64,000 nucleotides of DNA, taken from positions 46,003-110,002 of the forward strand of contig JAGVAD010000005.1 in NCBI GenBank assembly GCA_020060465.1, written 5' to 3'. This stretch comes from Anaerolineales bacterium (GTDB lineage Bacteria > Chloroflexota > Anaerolineae > Anaerolineales > UBA4823). This document shows, piece by piece, positions 1 through 10,800 of this stretch (its first letter is position 1; the number at the start of each line of letters is the position of its first letter). The notes below the pieces were generated by a model that was not told the origin of the DNA, ran no database searches, and worked only from the letters and a program-made list of their open reading frames with translations. The translations under genes were made by a program, and so were the position numbers.

Positions 1-111
1 TTTGCTCAGGAAGGGCATCAGAATACCCACGCCGAAGTCGAAGCCCTCCAACACAAAGAAGCCGATATACAGGATAGCGATGAGAACAAACCAGACTGTG
101 TTGAGCGTCAT
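1..111 (-). CDS. cydB: cytochrome bd oxidase subunit II, 5' end only (gene runs off window start)
   Basis: Not in the ORF track because it is truncated. The reverse complement of 1-111 reads MTLNTVWFVLIAILYIGFFVLEGFDFGVGILMPFLSK, a typical CydB N-terminus. GGAGG lies about 6 nt upstream, and the gene starts 21 nt after the cydA stop on the same strand. Confidence 0.8.
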   Translation of the reverse strand, partial: MTLNTVWFVLIAILYIGFFVLEGFDFGVGILMPFLSK

Positions 112-132
112 GGCGGACCTCCGTCTTTCTCG

Positions 133-1533
133 TCAATCTTGCGCGCCGACCAGGGATGGCATCGCATCTGCTTCGTCGGCTGTTGGGTAATGGCTATCTT
201 CTGGGCCGGCCTTGGCGTATTTCGTTATCAAGTAAACCATGGCAGCCATCAAAGCGCCATAGATCAGCGTATAGACGATCAAGCTAATCAACACATTACC
301 TCCCGGAACGACATTGGATACCCCATCTTCAATGCGCATCAAGCCATACACCACCCAGGGAACGCGCCCCAATTCGGTCAAGATCCAGCCGAAGGCGTTG
401 GCTATATATGGCAATAAGATCGCCCATTGGAAGATTTGGAGCGCCCGCGGCCGCTGTTCGACAATTTCGCCCATCACCAGGAAGAGCGCCCACAACGCAA
501 GTCCAATCATCAGGAAACCCAGGCCAACCATGATGCGAAAGCTCCAATACACGATAGCCACCGGTGGTATGTAATCTCCACTGCCGTATTGTTGCTCAAA
601 TTGCGCTTGCAGATCGTAGATGCCCTGGATTTCACAGTTCAATTGGTTGTACGCCAGCAGACACAGCAGACGAGGCAGGCGGATGGAAAAGACTTCTTCG
701 CGTTGGCTCAGGTCGCCGATGGTGATCAGGGAAAAGGAGGCCGGCGATTCGGTGCGCCACAACGCCTCGGCGGCGGCCATTTTCATGGGTTGCGACTCGA
801 CCATGTGCTGCGCCTGGCTGTGCCCGTTCAGAGCTACCAGAATCGCGGCCATTGTCCCAATGATGGCTGCAATCTGAAAAGAGCGGCGAAAGACCTGGAT
901 GTGATTTTTACGCAGTAAATGATAGGCGCTGATGCCCATGACAAAGAAAGCTGCGGTTACGAAACCGGCAGATAGTGTGTGGGGGAACATCACCCACACG
1001 TTGGGGTTCAGAACCAGGTCGAAGAAATTGACCATCTCGGCGCGCCCGTTGTTCAGCATATAACCAACCGGTTCCTGCATGAAGGAGTTGGCAATCAAGA
1101 TCCACAGGGCAGAAACGTTCGTACCGATGGCTACCAGCCACATGGTCAACGCGTGCACCCCTTTGGAGAGCTTGTCCCAACCAAAGATCCAGATGCCCAG
1201 GAAGGTGGACTCCAGGAAGAAAGCCAGCAGCGCTTCGATAGCTAATGGAGCGCCGAAAATATCGCCCACGAAGCGCGAGTATTCCGACCAGTTCATGCCA
1301 AATTGGAATTCCTGGACGATGCCGGTCACCACCCCCAGGGCGAAATTGATCACAAACAATTTCCCCCAGAACTTGGTCATGCGCAGGTAAAGCTCATTGC
1401 CCGAACGCACGTAAAGCGTTTCCATCAAGGCAACGATCACCGACAGACCTAAGGTCAAGGGGACGAAAAAGAAATGGTAAATTGTGGTGATAGCAAATTG
1501 CAGCCGTGCGAGTACAAGCGCATCCATAAGCAA
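133..1533 (-). CDS. cydA: cytochrome bd ubiquinol oxidase subunit I
   Basis: 466-aa polytopic ORF. The N-terminus MLMDALVLARLQFAITTIYHFFFVPLTLGL and overall layout are typical of CydA, and cydB follows directly. Confidence 0.9.
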   Translation of the reverse strand: MLMDALVLARLQFAITTIYHFFFVPLTLGLSVIVALMETLYVRSGNELYLRMTKFWGKLFVINFALGVVTGIVQEFQFGMNWSEYSRFVGDIFGAPLAIEALLAFFLESTFLGIWIFGWDKLSKGVHALTMWLVAIGTNVSALWILIANSFMQEPVGYMLNNGRAEMVNFFDLVLNPNVWVMFPHTLSAGFVTAAFFVMGISAYHLLRKNHIQVFRRSFQIAAIIGTMAAILVALNGHSQAQHMVESQPMKMAAAEALWRTESPASFSLITIGDLSQREEVFSIRLPRLLCLLAYNQLNCEIQGIYDLQAQFEQQYGSGDYIPPVAIVYWSFRIMVGLGFLMIGLALWALFLVMGEIVEQRPRALQIFQWAILLPYIANAFGWILTELGRVPWVVYGLMRIEDGVSNVVPGGNVLISLIVYTLIYGALMAAMVYLITKYAKAGPEDSHYPTADEADAMPSLVGAQD

Positions 1534-1742
1534 CTCCTTTCGCTGGCGAGGGAATTATTAAACCGCGCGGGTGGTCGTTCGAGGCGCCATTTATAATATT
1601 ATAGTAAGGATATTTATCGGCTGCGCCAGTATCAAAATATCCTGATCGTAGTATAGCAAATGTCACAAATTTTTTAACCCCCAGGTTAACCCTGTACAGG
1701 ATGACCAGACGGCCACCCTGCTTCGGGTTATCGTTTCGCCGC

Positions 1743-2243
1743 CTATGAAGGCCAAAAGCCACGTTGAATGGGGCGCATCTCCTGCGCCACGATAAACGCT
1801 TCTGGGTCGGCGTCCAGGATAATTTGCTGCGCCCGCTCTGTGCTGCGCCTGGGGAGGCTGCATTGTAACAGCGTCACAACCCCGTCTTTGCCTCGACCAG
1901 ATATTTCGGTGACTGCGAACCCCTCCTGGCGCAGGCTCTCAACCAGCAGCGCGCCGCGGCGCGCGCTGACGATCTGCAAGCGAGTATAGCCGACCGCAAT
2001 GCGCTCTTCAATCCACATTCCAACCAGCACACCACTGGCGAAGCCGGCGGCATAACCGATCAGTTTCAGCCAGTTGCCCATATCGGTCAGCACCAGGCGC
2101 ACGCCGATCACATAGACCGCCGCTCCCCCAAACGCCATTGCCCAGGTCATCAGCTTGCGCCCGCGCATCAAGAACATCAGGCGCAAGGTGAACAGGGTCA
2201 TGTCCAGGATACGCAGCAAGAACAGATACAGTGCGTATTGCAA
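1743..2243 (-). CDS. UPF0316/DUF2179-family small membrane protein
   Basis: 166 aa. It has about 3 N-terminal TM helices and then a soluble domain (GFAVTEISGRGKDGVVTLLQCSLPR). It is a paralog of the adjacent ORF. Confidence 0.65.
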   Translation of the reverse strand: MQYALYLFLLRILDMTLFTLRLMFLMRGRKLMTWAMAFGGAAVYVIGVRLVLTDMGNWLKLIGYAAGFASGVLVGMWIEERIAVGYTRLQIVSARRGALLVESLRQEGFAVTEISGRGKDGVVTLLQCSLPRRSTERAQQIILDADPEAFIVAQEMRPIQRGFWPS

Positions 2244-2246
2244 AGT

Positions 2247-2774
2247 TCAGGCTCTCCAGAAACCGCGCCGCACCGGGCGCACATCCTCTGAGGTGATAAA
2301 GGCGTTTTCGTCCACTTCGTTCACCAAGCGATGCACTTTGTCCACATTTTTGCGCAGCACACTGCAGCTCAATAAGGTCACCATGCCATCTTTGCCGCGC
2401 GCCGGAATTTCTGTGATGGCATAGCCTTCGGCGCGCAGCCTCTCGGCGATGGCTGCGCCGCGCCTGGGGCTGACAATGCTGAGCTGCACATGGCCGATAG
2501 CCAGCTTCTCCTCAATCAACATGCCGACTACATTGCCGGTGGCGAAACCGGCTGCATATCCGAGGATGTTCAGCGGATTGTTCAGGTCTTTCAACACTGA
2601 GCCAATCGCAATTACGAAAATCAGCGCCTGGAAGAAACCCAACACCCAGGCGATCCCCTTGCGCCCGCGCATCACCACCAGCACCCGCAACGTGTCCAGG
2701 GTCATATCTGTGACGCGCAGCGCGAAAATAACGCCCGCTGTCAGCCAAGCCGACAGAGATAGTAATGTTTCCAT
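2247..2774 (-). CDS. UPF0316/DUF2179-family small membrane protein (tandem paralog)
   Basis: 175 aa with the same architecture (GYAITEIPARGKDGMVTLLSCSVLR). It is separated from its paralog by 3 nt. Confidence 0.65.
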   Translation of the reverse strand: METLLSLSAWLTAGVIFALRVTDMTLDTLRVLVVMRGRKGIAWVLGFFQALIFVIAIGSVLKDLNNPLNILGYAAGFATGNVVGMLIEEKLAIGHVQLSIVSPRRGAAIAERLRAEGYAITEIPARGKDGMVTLLSCSVLRKNVDKVHRLVNEVDENAFITSEDVRPVRRGFWRA

Positions 2775-2798
2775 AGTCGTTTTCCGTTCTGTCTGAAA

Positions 2799-4973
2799 TT
2801 AATCGAGGCTCTGTGGCGCCTTCAAGCTGGCTTGCAGCGCCGGCAGGTACATTCTTTCGAGATATTCTTTGACCATTCGGCGGGTGCTGAATTGCGGCCC
2901 GATGGTGCGGATGGAACTCTTAATGCGAGAAATCCACTCGCCTGGCAAGCCGTCCGAAGAACGCAGTTGATAGTACAGCGGGATAATCTCATTTTCCAGG
3001 ATGTCGTACAGGGATTTCGCGTCGTCTTCATCCTGGCGGTCGGGGTTATCATAATCAATGTCTTTGCCAATCGCCCAGCCATTCTGACCGTTGTATCCTT
3101 CGCGCCACCAGCCATCCAGGACGGAGAAGTTGAGCACCCCGTTTACGGCAGCCTTTTGACCCGAAGTGCCAGAGGCCTCGTTCGGTCGCCGCGGCGTATT
3201 CAGCCACACGTCCACGCCCTGCACAAGATAACGCGCCAGATTCATATCATATTCTTCCAGGAACGCCAGACGTCCGCCGAACTCTGGACGTTTGACCGCA
3301 CGGTACACTTCCTGGATTAACATTTTCCCGCCCTCGTGATCTGGGTGCGACTTGCCGGCGAAGATGATTTGTACCGGTTTCTCTGGGTCGCTAACCAATC
3401 TAAGCAACCGATCCAGATCGCGCAGGATCAGGTTGGCGCGCTTATACGGCGCAAAGCGACGGGAGAAGCCAATGGTCAAAGCGTATGGATCCAGCATCAC
3501 ACCCGACGCCACAACCTGCGAGGGGTGCCAGCCGCCGCGCAGCCACCGTTCTCGCGCCCGCTCGCGGATGTAAGCGGTCAATTTTCTTTTCAGGTGCAGC
3601 CGCACTGTCCAGAGTTGATCGTCCGGTATGTTGTTGACCAGCTCCCAAACATCTGGGTCGTCGGCGTGTTCTAACCAATCTGCCCCCAGATAGCGCTCAT
3701 ATAGGTGCAATAAGCGACGCGCCAGCCAGGTGCCAGTGTGAATGCCATTGGTGATATGCGTGATGGGCACATCCTCAACGCTCTTATCAGGCCAAAGGTA
3801 TTGCCACATCTTACGCGCCACCTGACCATGCAGTTCAGATACGCCGTTGCGGTGTTCAGAGAAACGCAGCGCCAGAGCCGGCATACTGAAGGTTTCTCCC
3901 CAGGAGACGGTATGGCGCGCCAGATCCATGAATTGTTCCCGCTCCAGGCCGAGTGTTGGCCAGACGTTGGAGAAATACTTATCTACCAGCCACAGGGCAA
4001 ATTCATCGTTTCCAGCAGGAACAGGCGTATGCGTGGTGAAGACATTGCTGGACTGAATCAACTCGGCGGCCTGATCGAACGAGTGTCCCTCTTCCATATA
4101 CTCACGCAGGCGCTCTAGCACCAAAAATGCAGAGTGCCCTTCGTTCATGTGCCAGACATCCGGCGCGTAACCCAGCCGCCTCAAAGCGCGCACGCCGCCG
4201 ATCCCCAGCAGAATCTCCTGTGATATGCGCAGATCAGGGTCGCTGCTATACAGGCGCGCGGTCAGAGCGCGATCGCCGGGGCTGTTCTCCTCCAGATTGG
4301 CGTCCAGCAGATAAAGCGGCACCCGCCCGACGCGCACCTCCCACAGGCGAACGAACACTTTGCGCCCAGGCAAATCCACCGATACCAGGAGCGGTTTGCC
4401 GCCCTCTTCCATCACAGGCAGCACGGGCAGCTCCGAAAATGGATGGGGAAGGTATTGCGCTTCTTGCCAGCCATCTTCCGTGATGCGCTGGGTGAAGTAT
4501 CCTTCGGTGTAGAAAAAGCCGATCGCCACAAAAGGTAAGCCGAGATCGCTGGCTTCTTTGGTATGGTCGCCGGATAGGACCCCCAACCCGCCAGCATAAA
4601 TGGGCAGGGTCTCGTGCAGGCCAAATTCCATCGAGAAATAGGCAATCAAATGGTTTTCCAGCTCTGGATAGGCGCTTTGGAACCAGGTCTCTTTCGCTTC
4701 CATATATTGATCGAAGGAGCGGAAAGTGCGGTCGTAAAATTCCAAATAGTAGCGGTTATTCATCACCGCGTTCAGCCGCGCCCGTTCCACCTGCCGCAGA
4801 AATTGGACGGGGTTATGATATGTGCGTTCCCACAATTCACGGTCAATGCGCGAATATAAACGCTGCGCATCGGGATTCCAGGTCCACCACAGGTTATACG
4901 CCAATTCTCCCAGGCGGGAAATCCGCCGCGGCAAGCTAAAGCCGTTCGGAATTTGTGCGCGAAATGTTAGCAT
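2799..4973 (-). CDS. glgP: alpha-glucan (glycogen/maltodextrin) phosphorylase, GT35 family
   Basis: 724 aa. It carries the PLP-lysine region EASGTSGQKAAVNGVLNFSVLDGWW and N-terminal features of the short alpha-glucan phosphorylase clade. Confidence 0.85.
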   Translation of the reverse strand: MLTFRAQIPNGFSLPRRISRLGELAYNLWWTWNPDAQRLYSRIDRELWERTYHNPVQFLRQVERARLNAVMNNRYYLEFYDRTFRSFDQYMEAKETWFQSAYPELENHLIAYFSMEFGLHETLPIYAGGLGVLSGDHTKEASDLGLPFVAIGFFYTEGYFTQRITEDGWQEAQYLPHPFSELPVLPVMEEGGKPLLVSVDLPGRKVFVRLWEVRVGRVPLYLLDANLEENSPGDRALTARLYSSDPDLRISQEILLGIGGVRALRRLGYAPDVWHMNEGHSAFLVLERLREYMEEGHSFDQAAELIQSSNVFTTHTPVPAGNDEFALWLVDKYFSNVWPTLGLEREQFMDLARHTVSWGETFSMPALALRFSEHRNGVSELHGQVARKMWQYLWPDKSVEDVPITHITNGIHTGTWLARRLLHLYERYLGADWLEHADDPDVWELVNNIPDDQLWTVRLHLKRKLTAYIRERARERWLRGGWHPSQVVASGVMLDPYALTIGFSRRFAPYKRANLILRDLDRLLRLVSDPEKPVQIIFAGKSHPDHEGGKMLIQEVYRAVKRPEFGGRLAFLEEYDMNLARYLVQGVDVWLNTPRRPNEASGTSGQKAAVNGVLNFSVLDGWWREGYNGQNGWAIGKDIDYDNPDRQDEDDAKSLYDILENEIIPLYYQLRSSDGLPGEWISRIKSSIRTIGPQFSTRRMVKEYLERMYLPALQASLKAPQSLD

Positions 4974-5264
4974 CCTCTATTTTCCTCTAAAGCAACTCTA
5001 TAGGTTTGGGCTATCTTATTGAAATACTCAGACAACCCTAATCGGGCGCAAAAGCGCCCGATGCCCTATATCTTACCACAAGCCTGGCTGACAATCTGGA
5101 CAATTCAGGGCAAACGCCATGTTTTTTTTCGCCATCCCTACACAAAAACCGCATTTCATGCTAAGATCAACCTTCGGCAAACCACACTGACGTGGCTGCT
5201 TTCCGCTCCCGGCTGCGCCAACGGCGCTGTCCAGGGGCAATCCCGAGGAAAGGAGGCATCCCTT

Positions 5265-5546
5265 ATGCGCGAATATGAATTGATGTACATCGTCCATCCC
5301 GATCTGGACGAGAGCGCGCTGAACGACGTCGTCCAGCGCGTCGCCGCCTGGATCACCGACGGCGGCGGCGAAGTTGTCAAGACCGAGATGTGGGGCAAGC
5401 GCCAGCTCGCTTACCCAATTCGCAAGCAGACGCAGGGGCAATATGTGCTGATGCATTGCAAAATGGCCCCCAAGTTTGGGGTAACGCTGGAACGCAACCT
5501 GCGCTTCCAGGAACCCATTCTGCGCTTCCTGCTGTCGGTTAAATAG
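5265..5546 (+). CDS. rpsF: 30S ribosomal protein S6
   Basis: MREYELMYIVHPDLDES...GKRQLAYPI is classic S6. AGGAGG lies 8 nt upstream of the ATG at 5265. The longer TTG-started ORF from 5019 is not supported. Confidence 0.9.
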   Translation: MREYELMYIVHPDLDESALNDVVQRVAAWITDGGGEVVKTEMWGKRQLAYPIRKQTQGQYVLMHCKMAPKFGVTLERNLRFQEPILRFLLSVK

Positions 5547-5591
5547 TTCCATCCGGGCCTGGCATTGCGCCAGCGCCGCAAGGAGTTGGAA

Positions 5592-5978
5592 ATGACGCGA
5601 GGATTGAATAAAGTCCTGATCATTGGACGAGTTGGGCGAGATCCAGAGATGCGCTATACACCTTCCGGGCGACCGGTGACTACCTTCAGTATTGGCACCA
5701 GTCGCACCTGGAGCACCGCCGACGGCGAAAAACGCACTGAAACCGAGTGGTTTAATGTCGTCGCATGGAGCAACCTGGCAGAGATTTGCAAACAATATCT
5801 GGCGAAGGATCGTTTGGTCTATGTCGAAGGTCGTTTGCAAACCCGCCATTGGGAAGACCCGGATGGCAACAAGCACTCTGCAACAGAGATCGTCGCCAAT
5901 GAGATGATCATGCTCGATGATCGGCGCGAAAGCAGCGCCGCATCGGAGTTCGAAGACGAAGAGGATCTCTTCACTTAG
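5592..5978 (+). CDS. ssb: single-stranded DNA-binding protein
   Basis: MTRGLNKVLIIGRVGRDPEMRYTPSGRPVTTFSI...EWFNVVAW forms an OB fold with an acidic tail, EDEEDLFT. AGGAG lies upstream. Confidence 0.9.
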   Translation: MTRGLNKVLIIGRVGRDPEMRYTPSGRPVTTFSIGTSRTWSTADGEKRTETEWFNVVAWSNLAEICKQYLAKDRLVYVEGRLQTRHWEDPDGNKHSATEIVANEMIMLDDRRESSAASEFEDEEDLFT

Positions 5979-6037
5979 ATAGATATGCCATGAATCTGGT
6001 CGGTTATCTATGATCCGGACCAGAGAGGAGTTAGAAA

Positions 6038-6307
6038 GTGACCAATCAACCCCCTATGAACGAGGCTCAGCCCGGCGGGCGGCGCTTTTTCTCACGCCCC
6101 CGCGAGTGCATGTTCTGCACGGATAAAAATGCAGTGATTGACTATAAGTTGGTCGAAGTCTTACGCCGCTTTATAACCGATGATGGAAAAATCCGGCCGC
6201 GTCGGCAGACAGGCACCTGCGCCAAACACCAGCGCGAGCTGGCGCGTGCGATCAAACGCTCTCGCCACATAGCGTTGCTTCCCTATACCGGCGAAGTTTT
6301 ACGCTAA
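6038..6307 (+). CDS. rpsR: 30S ribosomal protein S18
   Basis: [60 protein letters not shown] is a classic S18 core. It sits in the conserved rpsF-ssb-rpsR order. Confidence 0.9.
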   Translation: MTNQPPMNEAQPGGRRFFSRPRECMFCTDKNAVIDYKLVEVLRRFITDDGKIRPRRQTGTCAKHQRELARAIKRSRHIALLPYTGEVLR

Positions 6308-6376
6308 TTCCTTGACCAGGAGCATGGCTTGCCGCCTGCTCCTGGCGAAAATCTTTTTCCAACGAGGCATGATCGC

Positions 6377-7774
6377 ATGGGAAACAATCCATCCAAAAAG
6401 CAGCCGATCCTGACCAAAAAACATCAGGATCGCCTCACTCGCGAAAGGCGTCAGACCCGCCTGATCGTCATTGGCGCCATCCTGGTTACAGCGCTGGTGT
6501 TATTGACGATCGGCTACGGCATTTTGGACCAACAATTCCTGAAATATCGCCGCCCGGTGGCTGTTGTCAACGGAGAGCGAATTTCCGCAGAACAATTTCG
6601 CGGGTTCACCAAATATTATCGTTACAATCTGATCCGCAGCGCCGAACAGACGTACCAGTTCGCCAGTCTGTTTGGCGGCGATCAGACCATGCTGCAAAAT
6701 TTCCTGGGCCAGTTGCAATCCATCTCCGCGCAGCTCAACCCTTTCAACGCTGGGGAAGCTGCCCTGAATGTTTTGGTGGATAACACCTTGATGATTCAAG
6801 AAGCGAAAAAGATGGGCATCATCGTAACGGATGAGGAAATTGAAGCACGCATGCAAGAGGCGATGGGTTATTTCGCCAATGGTACACCCACGCCCACCAA
6901 TACCCGCCCCCCGATTGCAACTTCTACACTTTCACCACAGCAATTGGGGATGTTGAAACCAACCGACACCCCCACTCCGGAGATAACGGCTACGGTAAGC
7001 GGTACGCTGGAAGCCGCTACGGCAACCATCGAGGCGACTGAAACGCCGGAAGTCACCCCCACAGCGACTTCCGAAACGCCGCCGACGTCCACGCCAACCC
7101 CTCTGCCCACCTTTACGCCGACCCCTTATACCTTCGAGGGTTATCAGAGCGTCTATGCCACCACAGTTGCTGGTTATACCCAGGAATTCGAGATCCCCGA
7201 AGAAATCCTGCGTTATGTGCTGGAAGTGGACATTTACCGTAGTAAACTGATGAAGCAAGTGATTGGAGAAGTAGCCTGTGAAGAGGAACAGGTCTGGGCG
7301 CAGCACATCCTGGTGGCCGATGTGGCTTTGGCGGAAGTGATCCGCGCCAAGCTGGAAGCCGGCGAGGACTGGTATCAACTGGCGGCTAAATACTCGCAAG
7401 ATGAAAGCAACAAAGACCAGGGTGGCGACCTGGGTTGGTTCGGCAAAGGCCGAATGGTGCCCGAGTTCGAACAAGCTGCTTTTGGCCTGTCCATTGGCGA
7501 AGTGAGCCAACCGGTGAAGACGCAATTCGGCTGGCATATCATCCGCGTGTTGGGGCACGAAAATCGCCCGCTCACACAATCCGAATGCGATCAATTGGCT
7601 GACAAAAAATTCAGCGATTGGCTCAAGCAGTTGCGTGAGAATTCTGAAGTAGAGCTTCTCTCTTATTGGGAGACCGTTGTCCCCTTATTGCCCACCTTGC
7701 CGCCCGAAATCCAGCAAGTTGTGCAGAGTGCGGCTCAAAACGCTGCGCAACCCGGCGCGATCCCCACACCCTGA
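6377..7774 (+). CDS. membrane-anchored peptidyl-prolyl isomerase, parvulin (PpiC) type with SurA-like N-domain
   Basis: There is an N-terminal TM helix (LIVIGAILVTALVLLTIGYGIL) and a C-terminal parvulin core (AQHILV...GGDLGWFGKGRMVPEFEQAAF...QFGWHIIRV). The start is taken at ATG 6377 (MGNNPSKK). Confidence 0.75.
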   Translation: MGNNPSKKQPILTKKHQDRLTRERRQTRLIVIGAILVTALVLLTIGYGILDQQFLKYRRPVAVVNGERISAEQFRGFTKYYRYNLIRSAEQTYQFASLFGGDQTMLQNFLGQLQSISAQLNPFNAGEAALNVLVDNTLMIQEAKKMGIIVTDEEIEARMQEAMGYFANGTPTPTNTRPPIATSTLSPQQLGMLKPTDTPTPEITATVSGTLEAATATIEATETPEVTPTATSETPPTSTPTPLPTFTPTPYTFEGYQSVYATTVAGYTQEFEIPEEILRYVLEVDIYRSKLMKQVIGEVACEEEQVWAQHILVADVALAEVIRAKLEAGEDWYQLAAKYSQDESNKDQGGDLGWFGKGRMVPEFEQAAFGLSIGEVSQPVKTQFGWHIIRVLGHENRPLTQSECDQLADKKFSDWLKQLRENSEVELLSYWETVVPLLPTLPPEIQQVVQSAAQNAAQPGAIPTP

Positions 7775-7791
7775 GCAGGTTTACAAGTTAC

Positions 7792-7833
7792 AATCCTCCC
7801 GCAGTTTCCAAAGCTGCGGGAGGATTTTGTATT
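7792..7833 (+). terminator. rho-independent terminator between convergent parvulin gene and smc
   Basis: A perfect 13-bp stem AATCCTCCCGCAG / CTGCGGGAGGATT with a 9-nt loop is followed by TTTTGTATT on the plus strand. Confidence 0.7.
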
Positions 7834-10800
7834 ATGATTCCACCACCTGGCTGACTTCATCCAGCTTCAGACTGAGCACCTGGCTGGCCGAATCGCGCCC
7901 CATGGTGACGCCATAAATAACATCCGCCACCTGTACTGTGTTGCGGTTATGCGTGATGATGACAAACTGTGTGGTCTGGCTCAATTCGCGCAGCAGTTCG
8001 CGAAAACGGCTGACATTGGCTTCATCCAGCATGGCGTCCACTTCATCCAGCACGCAAAACGGCGTCGGCGAGACCTTGAGCAATGAAAATACCAAAGCCG
8101 TCGCTGTCAGGCTGCGCTCGCCGCCGGAAAGCAGCGCCAGCCCCTGCTCGCGGCGGCCCGGCAATCGCGCCTGGATTTCGATGCCCGTCGCCGTCAGGTC
8201 ATCTGGTTCGGTCAAGATCAATCGCGCCGACCCGCCGCCAAACAGGCGGATGAAAATTTGGCGGAATTCGTCGGCCACCGAATCGAACGTGCGGCGAAAC
8301 TCGCGCTCCATCAAGTCGTCTAGCTCGGCGATCACCTGGCGAATGTCCTGCTCCGCCCGCTGCAAATCAGCCACCTGATCGGTCAAAAACTGGTAACGTT
8401 GCTTGACTTCCTGATACTCGATCTGTGCTTCAGGGTTGATCGCTCCCAGGCGGCGCAATTGCGCCCGTTGACGCTTGATATTTTCCTCGATGTCTGGAGA
8501 TAGTTTGTGGATTGTCGGCAATTGTTCGACCATGCCAGCCAATGGTAGTGGGGTTGGGCCTGAAACCTGCCCTTCATATTCGAACGCCACCAAGCCGAAA
8601 TCTTCCTCGATGCGCCGCTGCAAGGATTGCATCGCCTCATGACGACGCGCCAGGGCGATGCGCGCCTGGGCGTGATTATGTTCGGCGAAGCTCAACGCCT
8701 GGCGAGCGACGGTCTCGACGCGCTGCAATTCAGTCTGCTCGGCTTCCAATTGACGCAGCTCCATTTCCGCCGGTTCGATCCTGGCGTTCAGTTCCTGGAC
8801 GGCGGCTTCAATTTGGTCAGCTTTCTGAGTCCATTCGGCGCGCTGTTGCTCCAGGGTCACCAGCGCAATTTCCAGCTCTTTTTGGCGCTCTTGCAAGGTA
8901 ATTTGATTGCGGCTGACGCGCTCCAGATTACTCAGGCGTTCCTGCCGACGTGCTTGCTCATTGGCTAAGGCACTTTGTGCTACCGCAACGCGGGTTGACC
9001 AATGCGCTATCTGAGTTTGTATTTCATCTAAAGAGAGCGCTTCAAGCTTAAAATTGCTCTGTCGCAAGGAGCGACGTGCGCTGTCCAGCCGATCCTCGAT
9101 CTCGCCAATTTCCTTTGTCAGGCGCTCCGCTTCAGATTGGCTGCGGTTAAAATCGCTCTGTAAACGCTGATGCTGCTCCTTAGTCCACTGCATCTGGCGT
9201 TCTGCGGCCTCCACAGCGAGGCGCGCCTGATCGGCGGCGCGGGCGGCTTTCTGCCATTCCTGGAGGGCTTCTTCCTGCGCTTGTTCTAGCTGCTTGCCAA
9301 CGCGGCGCAGGCGTTCTAGTTCCGCTTCCAGCGTCGTAAGACGCTCGACCGCCAGGGACAGTTCGTGTTCCAACCGTTGGCTTTCGGCGGTCAGTTGGCG
9401 TTGCTGGCGGTTGCGCCCCAGCAGAGTCTGTTGTTTGCCATCCTCGCCGCCCCCACCGCCCGTGATGGGGCCGCTGGCATGAAAGACCTCGCCTGCCAGC
9501 GTGGCAGCGCGCACATCGCCTGGCTGATTCTCCAGGGCGCGCCGCGCGGCATCGCGATCGCGCACGATAAGCACCTGACCCAACAACAGTTCCAACGCTG
9601 GACGCAACTCCGCCGGTGCAGCAACCAGAGAAGACGCCACCCCTAGAATACCCTCATCTTTACTATTCAATACGAGCGGTTGCCTGAGGGGCCGCAGCGC
9701 ATTCACTGGCAAAAGCACGCCGCGACCGGCTTCGCGCTGCAAAATATCCAGAGCCGTCTCAAGGTCATCTTGCAACACGACTGCATCCAGATATTCCCCC
9801 AGAGCGGCGCTGATGGCGCGTTCCAGTTCCGCCGGGACCTCCAGGAAACTGCTCAGCGCGCCGCGCGCCCCGGAAAGGCGCTGCTGATGGACAGCCTTCA
9901 AGATCGCCTGTGTTCCGGCGGCATACCCTGCCAGGGCGGACTCGGCTTGGTGGAGGACATTGAGCTGCGCCTGGATGCGCGCCAGTTCGGCAGCCAGCGC
10001 CGAGCGTTGTTCCTGCGCCTGGCGGCGCGCGGCATCAGCCTGCTCAACTTGTTGTTTGTGCGCTTGAGCAGACTCTTCAGCCGCTTGCCGGGCCTGGGCA
10101 GCTTTTTCCACTGCCTGGCGGGCTTGCTCTAGCTTTTTGACCGCGGCGCGCAGTTCTTCGTCCGCTTTCGCCTGCGCTTGCAGCGCTGCTTCCAGAGATT
10201 TTTGAGCGCGTGCAGATTGCGCTTGATTTTCCGCCAACTGGGCCTGAGCCTGTCCATAGCGAGTGTTCAACTGACCAATCTCTTGCCGTTGGGCGGCGAT
10301 CATCCGCTCGATTTTACTGCGCTCCTCCTGTCGGGCAGCCAGTTGCCGATCCACGGCGTCCTTCTGGCTCTGGGCTTCCTGTAGCTCTGCCTGTAGCCGC
10401 TCCAGTTCCGCCTCACCAGCCAGGCGCTGCTCCTGGTGGTACGCCAGTTCCTCCGCCAGGCGCGCCAGCTCGCCGACGGTGTTTTCTTTTTGGATGAGCA
10501 ACGAATGCCGCCGTTCTTCGGACACAGCCAGGTCGCGCTGGATCAACTCGCGCTGACTGTGTAAGGCAGAGAGCGCTTTACGCCATTGGCTGAGCTGTTC
10601 GCGCGCCGCCGACAGGCGCTGGCGGCTCTCCGCCAGGCGTTGTTCGAGAGCAGCGACTTCGTTGCGCGCTTGTTCCAGGCGCGCCTCCTGAGTTTGGGCT
10701 AATTGCTGCGCTTCCGCCAGCTCGCGCTGAGTAACCTGCCAGTGATAACCGTACCACTCGCGCAGCATCTCCTGCAAGTCAGCGCGCAACTGCTCGTATT

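Noticed and set aside
1608-1642. Inverted repeat GGATATTT...AAATATCC and a TTGTGA half-site upstream of cydA as a Rex/FNR-type operator
   Set aside because: The arms are 19 nt apart, which does not fit known Rex or CRP/FNR spacing. Only one TTGTGA half-site is present, which is insufficient evidence.
5041-5062. Perfect 9-bp hairpin ATCGGGCGC-AAAA-GCGCCCGAT as a terminator
   Set aside because: It lies between the divergent starts of glgP and rpsF, so nothing terminates there, and no U-tract follows on either strand. It could be part of an rpsF leader or a protein-binding site, but I cannot support a specific call.
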